Source: a candidate division FCPU426 bacterium (GTDB lineage: Bacteria > Oederibacteriota > Muellerivitia > Muellerivitales > Muellerivitaceae). From it: 64,000 nucleotides of DNA. Below the pieces are notes generated by a model. That model ran no database searches. It was given only the letters and a program-made list of their open reading frames with translations, and was not told the DNA's origin. The DNA is taken from positions 64,001 through 128,000 of the forward strand of contig CAVTWJ010000023.1 of the NCBI GenBank assembly GCA_963738405.1. Reading direction: 5' to 3'. Within the stretch, counting starts at the first letter, position 1. Every line of letters begins with the position of its first letter. Shown piece after piece: positions 16,537 to 24,618 of the stretch. The position numbers were made by a program, and so were the translations under genes.

Positions 16537-18657
16537 TTACTCATCAGATATCACCAGAGAGAGCCCTACCATCGGCTCGATTCTTTTGAACACCACTTTT
16601 TTGCCCCGCGTCGCCATGGTCTGTTCCGCCAGTTTGTCCAGGATCTCCTTTTGGAGCAGGCGGTTCATGGGCCTGGCCCCGAACTCGCTGGAGAAGCCTT
16701 GTTCGGCCAGCCAATCGACCGCTTCCGGAGTCACCTCCATTTCCACCCGCCCCTTCAAGCGTTCCTGGTACTCCCGGATCCTCATGCGGACAATTTCGCC
16801 GAGGGCTTCCCTGGGCAGAGGTTTGAAAAGTATGATCTCATCCATTCGATTCAGGAACTCGGGACGGAAAAACCGCTTCAGTTCACCGGTCAACCCTTCC
16901 CCCGACGGACGACCATCCCGGCTAGACGCTCCAATATTGCTCGTCATGATGATGACCGTATTCTTGAAATCCACTGATTTGCCCGCACCGTCGGTCAAAC
17001 GTCCATCGCCCAGCACCTGCAAAAAGAGGTTGAAGACATCCGAATGCGCTTTTTCCACCTCATCTAACAGCAGAACCGCGAAAGGCCTGCGGCGGACCGC
17101 CTCGGTCAGCTGGCCGCCCTCGCCATAGCCGAGGTAAGAGGGGGGCGCCCCGACGAGCCGCAAAACGGAATGCTTTTCGCTGTATTCGCTCATATCCAGC
17201 CGGACCATGGCCTTTTCCCCCCCGAAGAAACAATCGGCGACCGCCTTGGCCAATTCGCTCTTTCCCACGCCCGTGGGGCCGGTGAACAAAAGGGAAGCGA
17301 TCGGCCTTTTGGGGTCCGCTAACCCAGTAAGCCCGCGTTGAATGGCCCGGGCGACCACATTCACAGCCCCATCCTGGCCTCGGACTTTTTCCCGCAGTTG
17401 CTCGGCTATATCCGCCAATTTGAATTCTCCCGACCCATTAACAATGGAAAGAGGTATGCCTGTTTTTTCTGAAACCACCTCGGCGATATCAGTTGCAGTG
17501 ACCCTTGCGCTTATATTTTTTGCAGATCGAATATCCGCCCGAAGGCTGACCCTGGTCGCGGCTTCATCCAACAGGTCGATGGCTTTATCCGGCAGGAAAC
17601 GGTCCCCAATGAAACGGGTGGATAGGCTGACTGCGGCTTCCAGGACATCTTCCCCTATTGAAACGCCATGATGAGTTTCATAACTTTCTTTAAGACCTCT
17701 CAATATTTGGATACTGTCCGCAGCGTTCGGTTCCCCCACCCAGACCTTTTGGAACCGACGCGCCAATGCCGGGTCTTTTTCGATATGCTTGTGGTATTCG
17801 TCCAATGTGGTCGCCCCAATGCACCTCAAACCCCGTGCCAAAGCGGGTTTCAATATGTCGGAAACACTCGAACTGGCGTTCAATGCCCTGCCAAAAAGAG
17901 CGTGAAGCTCATCGATGAATAGGATGCTAGATGGCCCCGATTGCGCTATTTCGTTCAGAAGATTTTTAATCCTTTCTTCCATCTCACCCTGCCAAACAGC
18001 CCCACCCATGATTTTCACAACGTCAACCGCCATCACTTTTGTCCCCCAGAGAGGCCTTGGGGCCTGGCCTGAAGCAATGAGTTGGGCTAAACCTTCCGCG
18101 ATGGCCGTTTTACCGACACCGGGCTCGCCTACCAACACGGGGTTATTTTTGGTTCGACGCGAAAGAATGCGAATAACGTTAGCCAATTCTACCTGTCGGC
18201 CGATCATGGGTTCCAAATTGCCCTGGCGCGCTTCTTCCGTAAGATTCCTTAAAAAACTGGAGGCGGCAACTGGGGATGGACCAGACCGGGGCCCTCGGGG
18301 CTCGGGCCTAACTGGATTTCTAAACTCTTGGAGTGCACAGTCCAACAAAGGATCTTCGGGATAATGGCCGTTAATCAGCGTTTCCCAAAGGCAGTTCAGT
18401 TCGACGGTGCCATTAGGCGCCGAGGATTGCATGGCGCGGATGGCATCCTGGGATACGTGAAGCGTTTCAATTGGAAGACCCCCTCCGTTCGCAAACCTTA
18501 AGTTTGCTTTTAATCTAACAACTTTATCGGATGGCCTAACGATTTCACCGTTGTCAGCGATAGCAAGAACCAAATGCCTGGATTTCAAAAATGGGTCAGG
18601 ACCGGCGTGCCGGGCGGCCGTTAATAGCAGGTTTTCAGGAATCTCAATGGGTTGCAT
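16537..18657 (-). CDS. Clp/Hsp100 class I AAA+ ATPase (two NBDs), divergent N-domain, no M-domain, no IGF loop
   Basis: KNNPVLVGEPGVGKT, LFIDELH, IGATTLDEY, RFLPDKAIDLLDEA, GPTGVGKS, LDMSEY, LLDEVEKAH, FRPEFLNR, GARP. Confidence 0.93.
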   Translation of the reverse strand: MQPIEIPENLLLTAARHAGPDPFLKSRHLVLAIADNGEIVRPSDKVVRLKANLRFANGGGLPIETLHVSQDAIRAMQSSAPNGTVELNCLWETLINGHYPEDPLLDCALQEFRNPVRPEPRGPRSGPSPVAASSFLRNLTEEARQGNLEPMIGRQVELANVIRILSRRTKNNPVLVGEPGVGKTAIAEGLAQLIASGQAPRPLWGTKVMAVDVVKIMGGAVWQGEMEERIKNLLNEIAQSGPSSILFIDELHALFGRALNASSSVSDILKPALARGLRCIGATTLDEYHKHIEKDPALARRFQKVWVGEPNAADSIQILRGLKESYETHHGVSIGEDVLEAAVSLSTRFIGDRFLPDKAIDLLDEAATRVSLRADIRSAKNISARVTATDIAEVVSEKTGIPLSIVNGSGEFKLADIAEQLREKVRGQDGAVNVVARAIQRGLTGLADPKRPIASLLFTGPTGVGKSELAKAVADCFFGGEKAMVRLDMSEYSEKHSVLRLVGAPPSYLGYGEGGQLTEAVRRRPFAVLLLDEVEKAHSDVFNLFLQVLGDGRLTDGAGKSVDFKNTVIIMTSNIGASSRDGRPSGEGLTGELKRFFRPEFLNRMDEIILFKPLPREALGEIVRMRIREYQERLKGRVEMEVTPEAVDWLAEQGFSSEFGARPMNRLLQKEILDKLAEQTMATRGKKVVFKRIEPMVGLSLVISDE

Positions 18658-19897
18658 GTTGAGCCCGCCTTATCTTTTTCCCGCAACACTCGCAGGAATC
18701 CAGGGGATCGGTTTTGACCCCATACCACCTAAAAGGCGCCAACCCCTGTTTGAAGCCGGCAGCGCATAAGGGTGTCATCTTTCCTTCATAAGGGCCTTCG
18801 CGTCGGGTTGCCTGGAAAAAGAAACCATGTCCGTCGGCGAAATCTTCCATCCATCCCTCATAGCCACTGGGTTTTCCGTAAGTCAGGGCGATGAGGGCTA
18901 AACGGGCCATGAAGGCAGGCACGGGCGCGATATCCACGGCCAGTCCGGCCCAAATGGCCGTTTCCTTGTCAGCATAAGCGGGCAGGTTTCGATCCGCCGA
19001 GTGTAACGATGAGATTTCTTCGCTTTCATTGGAGAAAAATCCGCCGCCATAAAGACAGGCGAAACAGGCTTTTTGATGCCCCGGCCAAAACCAAAAAACA
19101 TCCCCGCCCACGCCCCTTTGAAGAACCCTTCCAATAACGAGAGGCTTGTTCCCAGTAACGCAGGCCTGATTGGCTTGGAACCGGGTTGGGTTGTTGTCCG
19201 TACCTACGACGCACAAGGAGGATTGTTGGACTAAGGCCGCGAGATTCATTTCGCGCATATCGCCGTGTAGGGTTTGCACATCAACCCATGGGTTTTTTTG
19301 TTGAAGCATAGACTTGACCGCATCAACCTTCCGGCGGCCTAATTGATTCAATCCAGCCGTATGGCGAAATAGATTCTCAAGGGCAATATGGTCTCCATCC
19401 ACCAGTATGAAGCGCATCACACCCGATTGAACTAGCAGTTGCGCTGTTTGGGAACCAAGTGAACCGCAACCCAATATCAAAACGGTTGAATCGGCCAAAT
19501 CGTCTACTTCCAACAAACCCTTTTGTCTGTCAAAAAGGAGTTCCCTTTTAGGCAATTCACTGAGAACCAAATCAGTTTCCTCGTCGTCACGGCAGTGGTA
19601 AACATGGGGATTTTCACCCTTATGGTGTTTTAGAATCACGAAACCCTCTGTGGGCGCAAACTGCTTCGCACGGGCCAACAACCTGGTAGGAATTTCCATT
19701 CCGTCCGGAACCGCGACTAAGGGGCTCGGAAGGCCAACCGACCGCCGGGCTTCCTGGCTGGACGGATCGGGGAAAACGTGCCATACCCGGCCTTCATCAA
19801 GAACCCGGCTACCCGCAGGGAAAAAACAAGGCTCGGGGGGCAAACGATCCAACCCCGGCCAAAGAAAAGCCTTGTTGGGGATTGAAGAAATCTTCAT
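18644..19897 (-). CDS. ThiF/E1-like adenylating enzyme with an N-terminal extension
   Basis: LGCGSLGS, LVDGD...ENLFRH, GRRKVDA, GTDN, CFAC...CECC Zn-binding pairs. Confidence 0.92.
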   Translation of the reverse strand: MKISSIPNKAFLWPGLDRLPPEPCFFPAGSRVLDEGRVWHVFPDPSSQEARRSVGLPSPLVAVPDGMEIPTRLLARAKQFAPTEGFVILKHHKGENPHVYHCRDDEETDLVLSELPKRELLFDRQKGLLEVDDLADSTVLILGCGSLGSQTAQLLVQSGVMRFILVDGDHIALENLFRHTAGLNQLGRRKVDAVKSMLQQKNPWVDVQTLHGDMREMNLAALVQQSSLCVVGTDNNPTRFQANQACVTGNKPLVIGRVLQRGVGGDVFWFWPGHQKACFACLYGGGFFSNESEEISSLHSADRNLPAYADKETAIWAGLAVDIAPVPAFMARLALIALTYGKPSGYEGWMEDFADGHGFFFQATRREGPYEGKMTPLCAAGFKQGLAPFRWYGVKTDPLDSCECCGKKIRRAQHATH

Positions 19898-20106
19898 TCG
19901 GTCACCTGGTTCTTTCCCCCAAAGCCCCGGGCGGCGATCTGCTGGATCGCCAAGTTTTGGGTTTCACGGTTGGGTTCGCCCATCCGGAGTTCACCCGTGG
20001 CGGGATCCATCAAGATGGCTTGGCCGGGGGTTTTACGAGGCAGGGGGGGAGCCGTAACCTCGGGCTGGGAGTTTCTTAACCTGTTGAATTCATCCATCAG
20101 ACCCAT
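19894..20106 (-). CDS. Small 70-aa peptide, candidate conjugated modifier (RGFGG-KNQVTE end)
   Basis: GGAGG RBS; stop overlaps the E1 start; lies between JAB and E1 genes. Confidence 0.7.
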   Translation of the reverse strand: MGLMDEFNRLRNSQPEVTAPPLPRKTPGQAILMDPATGELRMGEPNRETQNLAIQQIAARGFGGKNQVTE

Positions 20107-20133
20107 AAAGCACCTCCAGTTATTTTTCGGTTA

Positions 20134-20880
20134 TTAAACCGACCAGCCTTTTTCTGAATCGTTCAGCGCTCTTCTTGATTCGATATTACCAACTATTTTT
20201 AAACCTACCGGATTTGCAATTTTACATTCCGTTAAATTCTTCCCTTGGCCTATCGATTGTGTTCTGGCGTTCCCTTCCGCAGGCCGAAAATCCTTTGACG
20301 GTGGCTCTGAACACTTTTTTTCGAGGCCGGAATTATTCCTTGAAGCAGGAATGATTTTGATGGGAACCGGAAAATACTCGCCCTTAGGTAAAAACAGTGT
20401 CGCAGTCAAAACCAGTTTGGGTTTAAACGTTTTTGAGATGGAAGCAACAACGGCCATGAGCGGAAGTCCGGTTGATTGAGCGGTTGATTCCATCGTTGAA
20501 ATATCATGGCCGCTCACTGTTGGCAGACCCAAAGAATGGTGGGAATGCCATTGGCCCATATAGGCAAAACCCTGCAAACCATTCAGTTCGGCATTATGAA
20601 TTTCATAAGCAGGATCTTGTGTAAAGAAAGCGACATGCTTCACGGCTTTAGGGCCTGGGCCGGTTATCCGGGATATTAAGAACCATTTCCCCAGGTACAA
20701 CTTTCCGTAGAGGCCGCCCCCCGTTTCGTTTCTGGGGTTGGCAAAAGTTTCTCTTTCGATTTCTTTGTGGGCCGATTCCCTTATAAACAGACGTAAATGA
20801 GTCACGCCCGTCGTTTTGAAAGAAGGTTTTCTTTTGGCTTTGGGTTTGAACAGTTTTATCCAGAACATTACACGCCCCAT
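20134..20880 (-). CDS. JAB/MPN+ metallo-isopeptidase
   Basis: ETGGGLYG, GPGP, GQWHSHH...PTVSGHD (JAMM E...HxH...S..D). Confidence 0.9.
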   Translation of the reverse strand: MGRVMFWIKLFKPKAKRKPSFKTTGVTHLRLFIRESAHKEIERETFANPRNETGGGLYGKLYLGKWFLISRITGPGPKAVKHVAFFTQDPAYEIHNAELNGLQGFAYMGQWHSHHSLGLPTVSGHDISTMESTAQSTGLPLMAVVASISKTFKPKLVLTATLFLPKGEYFPVPIKIIPASRNNSGLEKKCSEPPSKDFRPAEGNARTQSIGQGKNLTECKIANPVGLKIVGNIESRRALNDSEKGWSV

Positions 20881-21329
20881 TCATTAAAAACTTGTTGGAT
20901 CGATTGTCCGGTTCTGAGATGCACGATGAAAGCTTCGGACCATAGCCGGGTTTTTACACACAGGTTGTATATGCTGTCGTTCGGTTTCCAGTCGTGGATC
21001 GTCACACAGAGCCTTAGCCTATTTTTACGGTTTGGCACAAGTCCAAGGACATGAAACGAAGCGTTAGCGCTTACAAACTGATCCCCTTGCCGATCAATGA
21101 CCGGATTAGGCTCATCAACAAGGACAAAGGGTTCAATGGAGCTTTCCTCTGGAAAATCGATGGTGTACCTGAACAAAAAACGCTCATTCGTCGGGATATT
21201 GATCTTAAACACGATAATTTCATTCCTGTCCCGAGATTCAGTTTCAACTCTCGCGTCCTGGAACCCATGAGCCCGTAACATGTTAAGTTCGAAGTCAGCC
21301 CTAATCAGGCGCTCTTGGGTGTAAGCCAT
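20868..21329 (-). CDS. Prokaryotic E2/UBC-like protein
   Basis: Pattern IDFPE..P.V, FHVL....LCV...WKPNDSIYNL resembles the UBC H(P)N...G.IC...W.P signature with the catalytic Cys position filled; operon context with E1 and JAB. Confidence 0.7.
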   Translation of the reverse strand: MAYTQERLIRADFELNMLRAHGFQDARVETESRDRNEIIVFKINIPTNERFLFRYTIDFPEESSIEPFVLVDEPNPVIDRQGDQFVSANASFHVLGLVPNRKNRLRLCVTIHDWKPNDSIYNLCVKTRLWSEAFIVHLRTGQSIQQVFNEWGV

Positions 21330-21724
21330 TGGATTTTCTCCTCTCTACCGCGATTCTCTCTACCCTCGTTTAAACCTTACCGGAATTTAGTCACTGTGTG
21401 TTTATTTGCAATTTTGAGAATTATGGGTCTCCTAACCCGACTTTCGGATGCTACCACTGAATTGTCTGGAGAACGGTTTTGCAAATTTGCGGGGCGGAGA
21501 CCGAAGAAGCGTACAAAAGACTAGAAGCAAAGAAGTAAGCTGGTACGCAACTTTGTGTAAGTTCTGTGTTGATTGGCTTTTATGAGGACATTCCAAACGC
21601 GAAGAAGAGTTTAATGGCAGGGTTTTACTCAACAAGCTTTCATTTAAACGGAAATTGGATGTGCATTAACTGGAAAAAATTATTACAGGGCTTGGAAACG
21701 AGTGATTTCTTAAAAGCTCAAAAT

Positions 21725-21925
21725 TTACGGATCTTCTATATCATTACTTCCCTGGTACAAAACCACATTTGATTCTTCCCAGGTTTGGAGGGGGAGTTGG
21801 TCGCTGGTCCAGACTTTCAGGATAGCTTTCCCGTCATTTTTCGAAAGGATGATCTTCTTGACCTGACCTCTAATCTTGAACCGCAGGTGCTGAACCCAGT
21901 CATTGATTTCGATTTTATTAGTCAT
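21725..21925 (-). CDS. Small hypothetical protein (beta-rich, possibly SH3-like)
   Basis: 66-aa ORF with ATG, co-directional with neighbours. Confidence 0.4.
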   Translation of the reverse strand: MTNKIEINDWVQHLRFKIRGQVKKIILSKNDGKAILKVWTSDQLPLQTWEESNVVLYQGSNDIEDP

Positions 21926-21967
21926 GATTTTGGCATGTGTTTAATTTTATCCATCTAGTTGGACCCT

Positions 21968-22930
21968 CTAAAGAACAGCTCGAAGTTCCGCAAACCGAGC
22001 CAGCACATCCCTCCAATGCGGGTATGGGGCGTAACAAAGAAGTCGGCATTGCTCCTCGTACTCAGCACCAATGACCGTTGCCAATTCCGCAGGTGGAAAA
22101 AGAGCATCGCTAAGCGAAAAACGCATGTCTTCGGGATAGAAATAGCTCTTGGGGAAGGCCGTGCGGCTGATATGGTCGTAATCCGTTTTGATGGTGCCGT
22201 ATTCCTTTGACCAAAGCATGGCGATGACTTCAGGCTGAGACGCCAGTTGGAAAAGATCGTAATAGTGTCGCGCATAACTGCCAATTGGACGCCGGTCGCG
22301 TTTCAACAGCTCCACCTTACTGTGGATGGCAAACATTTTCTCAACAAACGTCCGCCTGAAATGAAGCAACCGGAAGGGAAATCCACCCTCATCCTCCGCT
22401 CCCAAAGACGGACCTTTCTCCTTCAGAAACTGGCCGAGATAGGATTGAAGATTCACGATTGTTGTGGGTTCACGCCCGCTGGCCGTACCGGCCTCCACAA
22501 GAACACGATTGGCGACTTCCCCAGAACCACCGAAGCGCTGCGTATAGGAGAACCTGTCACTACGGCCAAAACCGCCAATCGTTTGACTCTCCTTTTCGAT
22601 GAACGTCAGCGCAGGATGGGCACCAATGGCGTCCCGGAGTTTCTTGAGTTCCCGGTCAATCGCCCGTTTAACCAACGCAGGTTGAAAAGCGGCAGGGTCA
22701 AGAAAAAGGTCTATGTCTTCCGAAAATCGCTGGATCAAATTCCAGCCTTTGAGCAGGCTGGTGCCGCCCTTGAAGATGACTTTGTCCCCTGCCGTGGCCG
22801 CAATAATGCGCAGGGCTTCAGTGACGTAATAGTCTTTCTCGATGATGGCCGGACGCAATCCTTGGGCTCGGAAATGTTCCGCCGCCCGGATAATCGCCTG
22901 TTCGAAATCAGGGTTTTCATACAGTCTCAC
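21968..22930 (-). CDS. AbiEii-family nucleotidyltransferase toxin (GTG start at 22930 likely)
   Basis: IEKDYYVT, FKGGTSL, RFSEDIDL, RTFVEK, RHYYDL. Confidence 0.92.
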   Translation of the reverse strand: MRLYENPDFEQAIIRAAEHFRAQGLRPAIIEKDYYVTEALRIIAATAGDKVIFKGGTSLLKGWNLIQRFSEDIDLFLDPAAFQPALVKRAIDRELKKLRDAIGAHPALTFIEKESQTIGGFGRSDRFSYTQRFGGSGEVANRVLVEAGTASGREPTTIVNLQSYLGQFLKEKGPSLGAEDEGGFPFRLLHFRRTFVEKMFAIHSKVELLKRDRRPIGSYARHYYDLFQLASQPEVIAMLWSKEYGTIKTDYDHISRTAFPKSYFYPEDMRFSLSDALFPPAELATVIGAEYEEQCRLLCYAPYPHWRDVLARFAELRAVL

Positions 22931-22931
22931 G

Positions 22932-23678
22932 TCAACGACGCTCCTTTGCCTGCCATTCGGAAGCAAACTTTAAACTAGAAAAAATTCCAAAGTCGAATCT
23001 AGAGAATGGGTTGAGGGATTCTCGTAAACGGCGCAACACTTTCGGATTTTTTCCAAGCTGTTTCCCCGCCGCACCCAATATCGCCCTAACCCTCGGTGGT
23101 TCGGAGTCCGCCACACTGAGCAAACGCTCAAAGCACCCCTTTTGGGATAACAAATCCATGGTTCGGCTGATGGTTTCGGCAGGGGACATTTCACTCGATT
23201 TCCCCCCCTGGCGCAGAAAATCCAGAAGCGCGGCTTCCTTTTCCGCAAGGTTTCCCCATGCTTCCGGTCTGCGGGTATGAATGACTGTATTCTTCCCAAT
23301 AAGCTTGCGGGGAAGGCTTGAGGCGCTTGTGGCGATCTCGCTTTCCTTAGGGTTCTGGGTTGTGAACCCCAAGAGATTCGCGGCTGCAATCCCTGAAGGA
23401 AACATCGTCTTTCGCTTCGAAGCAAGCATCTGGATTAAAGCCGGATTTGGACGGCTTTTACCAAAGTTGGTTTGCCGTGTCCGGTAATAGACACCTTTGC
23501 TAAGCCGATCAATCATCCCGGCGCGCGTAAGCCGTGAGAGAGCCTGGGCAACTGCTGCAAATGGAAAATCCCGAAAATCCTCCAAACGCCATAATCGTTC
23601 GCCGCCATTTTCGACCCGTTGGCGGACAAGCCCGGAAATTTTGGTTGGATTGGAAGGCGTTTTAAGGATCGTGGACAT
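22932..23678 (-). CDS. AbiEi-like antitoxin / wHTH regulator (ATG at 23678 likely)
   Basis: AVAQALSRL...RLSKGVYY, SGIAAANLLGFTTQNP; directly upstream of AbiEii. Confidence 0.85.
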   Translation of the reverse strand: MSTILKTPSNPTKISGLVRQRVENGGERLWRLEDFRDFPFAAVAQALSRLTRAGMIDRLSKGVYYRTRQTNFGKSRPNPALIQMLASKRKTMFPSGIAAANLLGFTTQNPKESEIATSASSLPRKLIGKNTVIHTRRPEAWGNLAEKEAALLDFLRQGGKSSEMSPAETISRTMDLLSQKGCFERLLSVADSEPPRVRAILGAAGKQLGKNPKVLRRLRESLNPFSRFDFGIFSSLKFASEWQAKERR

Positions 23679-23708
23679 ATTGATAATATCGGGCCAAGGC
23701 AACTTTAC

Positions 23709-23736
23709 GTCAAGTTTTTTTGCTGTAAAACTTGAC
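23709..23736 (-). promoter_or_regulatory. Inverted-repeat operator overlapping a putative -35 of the AbiE promoter
   Basis: GTCAAGTTTT-8 nt-AAAACTTGAC; minus-strand TTGACG followed 17-19 nt later by GATATT/TATTAT. AbiEi autorepression at promoter inverted repeats is established. Confidence 0.65.
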
Positions 23737-23788
23737 ACTTATCAATTAACCCCCTTTTAGAGCCACCTATGCTCAACCTCATCAAGGT

Positions 23789-24613
23789 TTACTTCCCTTC
23801 ATCTACCAACGGGTGATTCAACTGGTGCCAGATCCGTTTGAACGGAAGGGACACGGCCTTCTCATAATCTGATACAAACCATCGGGATCGTTTTCGTTCA
23901 TCGATTCGAGAGCGAAGGATATTGATCATTCTTTTTGCATTTTCCGGATTCGCCGAAACAACGAGCCGAAGTGCATCAGGAAAAGATTCATCTAGGTATT
24001 CAATCATTCTTCTAATTTTCCCTTCTGGGTTTTGAACATGCTCGAATTCCAATGCAAAACCGTATCTCTTCCCTTCCAAATCGGCCTCGAAATACCCATC
24101 AGGAGTTCTACGCCCCTTACTTTGGATATTGACCCAATTAGAACGCCATTTTCCCTTGTCTAATTCCCCCGCCAAAAATGTCTTTTTAACTTCCTGAGTG
24201 ATACCACCCCGCATTTCAAAGTCTGAAAGCCAAAACACCCTTTTAAGTTCAGTATTCGCCTCAAACGCGATTCTTATGGTTTGAACAAGCAAGTCGTGTT
24301 TTCTTTCGTATGGATTAATCTTTACAGGATAATTCACGCTTCGTACAAGAATCTTGCCCATTGCGTCTAAGGCCTTGATGGCACCACCCGTCAGGTAATA
24401 CATAGAATCCTGAAAAGTGGTTCCTTCCGCCTTGGTCACTTCCAAGAACCCTTTTTTCAGATATTGGTTTCTAAGAACATGGCAGGCCATTCGGTAGGTT
24501 CGGGGTTGGATGAACCTTTTGTGGAATAACTCGGGAATGGTGAACTTATTGGAATGAATCCAACCTAAATGCGCAGCTTCTTCTTCCGTTATTAAGAAAT
24601 TCGGCTTCATCAT
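23789..24613 (-). CDS. Replication-relaxation family protein
   Basis: N-terminal wHTH-like region, KHDLLV, RTPDGYF, FALEFE; adjacent to a coupling protein. Confidence 0.7.
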   Translation of the reverse strand: MMKPNFLITEEEAAHLGWIHSNKFTIPELFHKRFIQPRTYRMACHVLRNQYLKKGFLEVTKAEGTTFQDSMYYLTGGAIKALDAMGKILVRSVNYPVKINPYERKHDLLVQTIRIAFEANTELKRVFWLSDFEMRGGITQEVKKTFLAGELDKGKWRSNWVNIQSKGRRTPDGYFEADLEGKRYGFALEFEHVQNPEGKIRRMIEYLDESFPDALRLVVSANPENAKRMINILRSRIDERKRSRWFVSDYEKAVSLPFKRIWHQLNHPLVDEGK

Positions 24614-24618
24614 TTGCT

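Noticed and set aside
16537..18657. Housekeeping clpB/clpC or T6SS clpV
   Set aside because: No M-domain or IGF loop, island location, and no T6SS genes in the window, so no gene symbol was assigned.
16537..21329. Type II CBASS, Pycsar or thiamine/Moco sulfur-transfer operon
   Set aside because: No CD-NTase/cyclase, no ThiS/MoaD-like beta-grasp protein and no biosynthetic genes. The class III cyclase at 42870 is distant and embedded among core genes.
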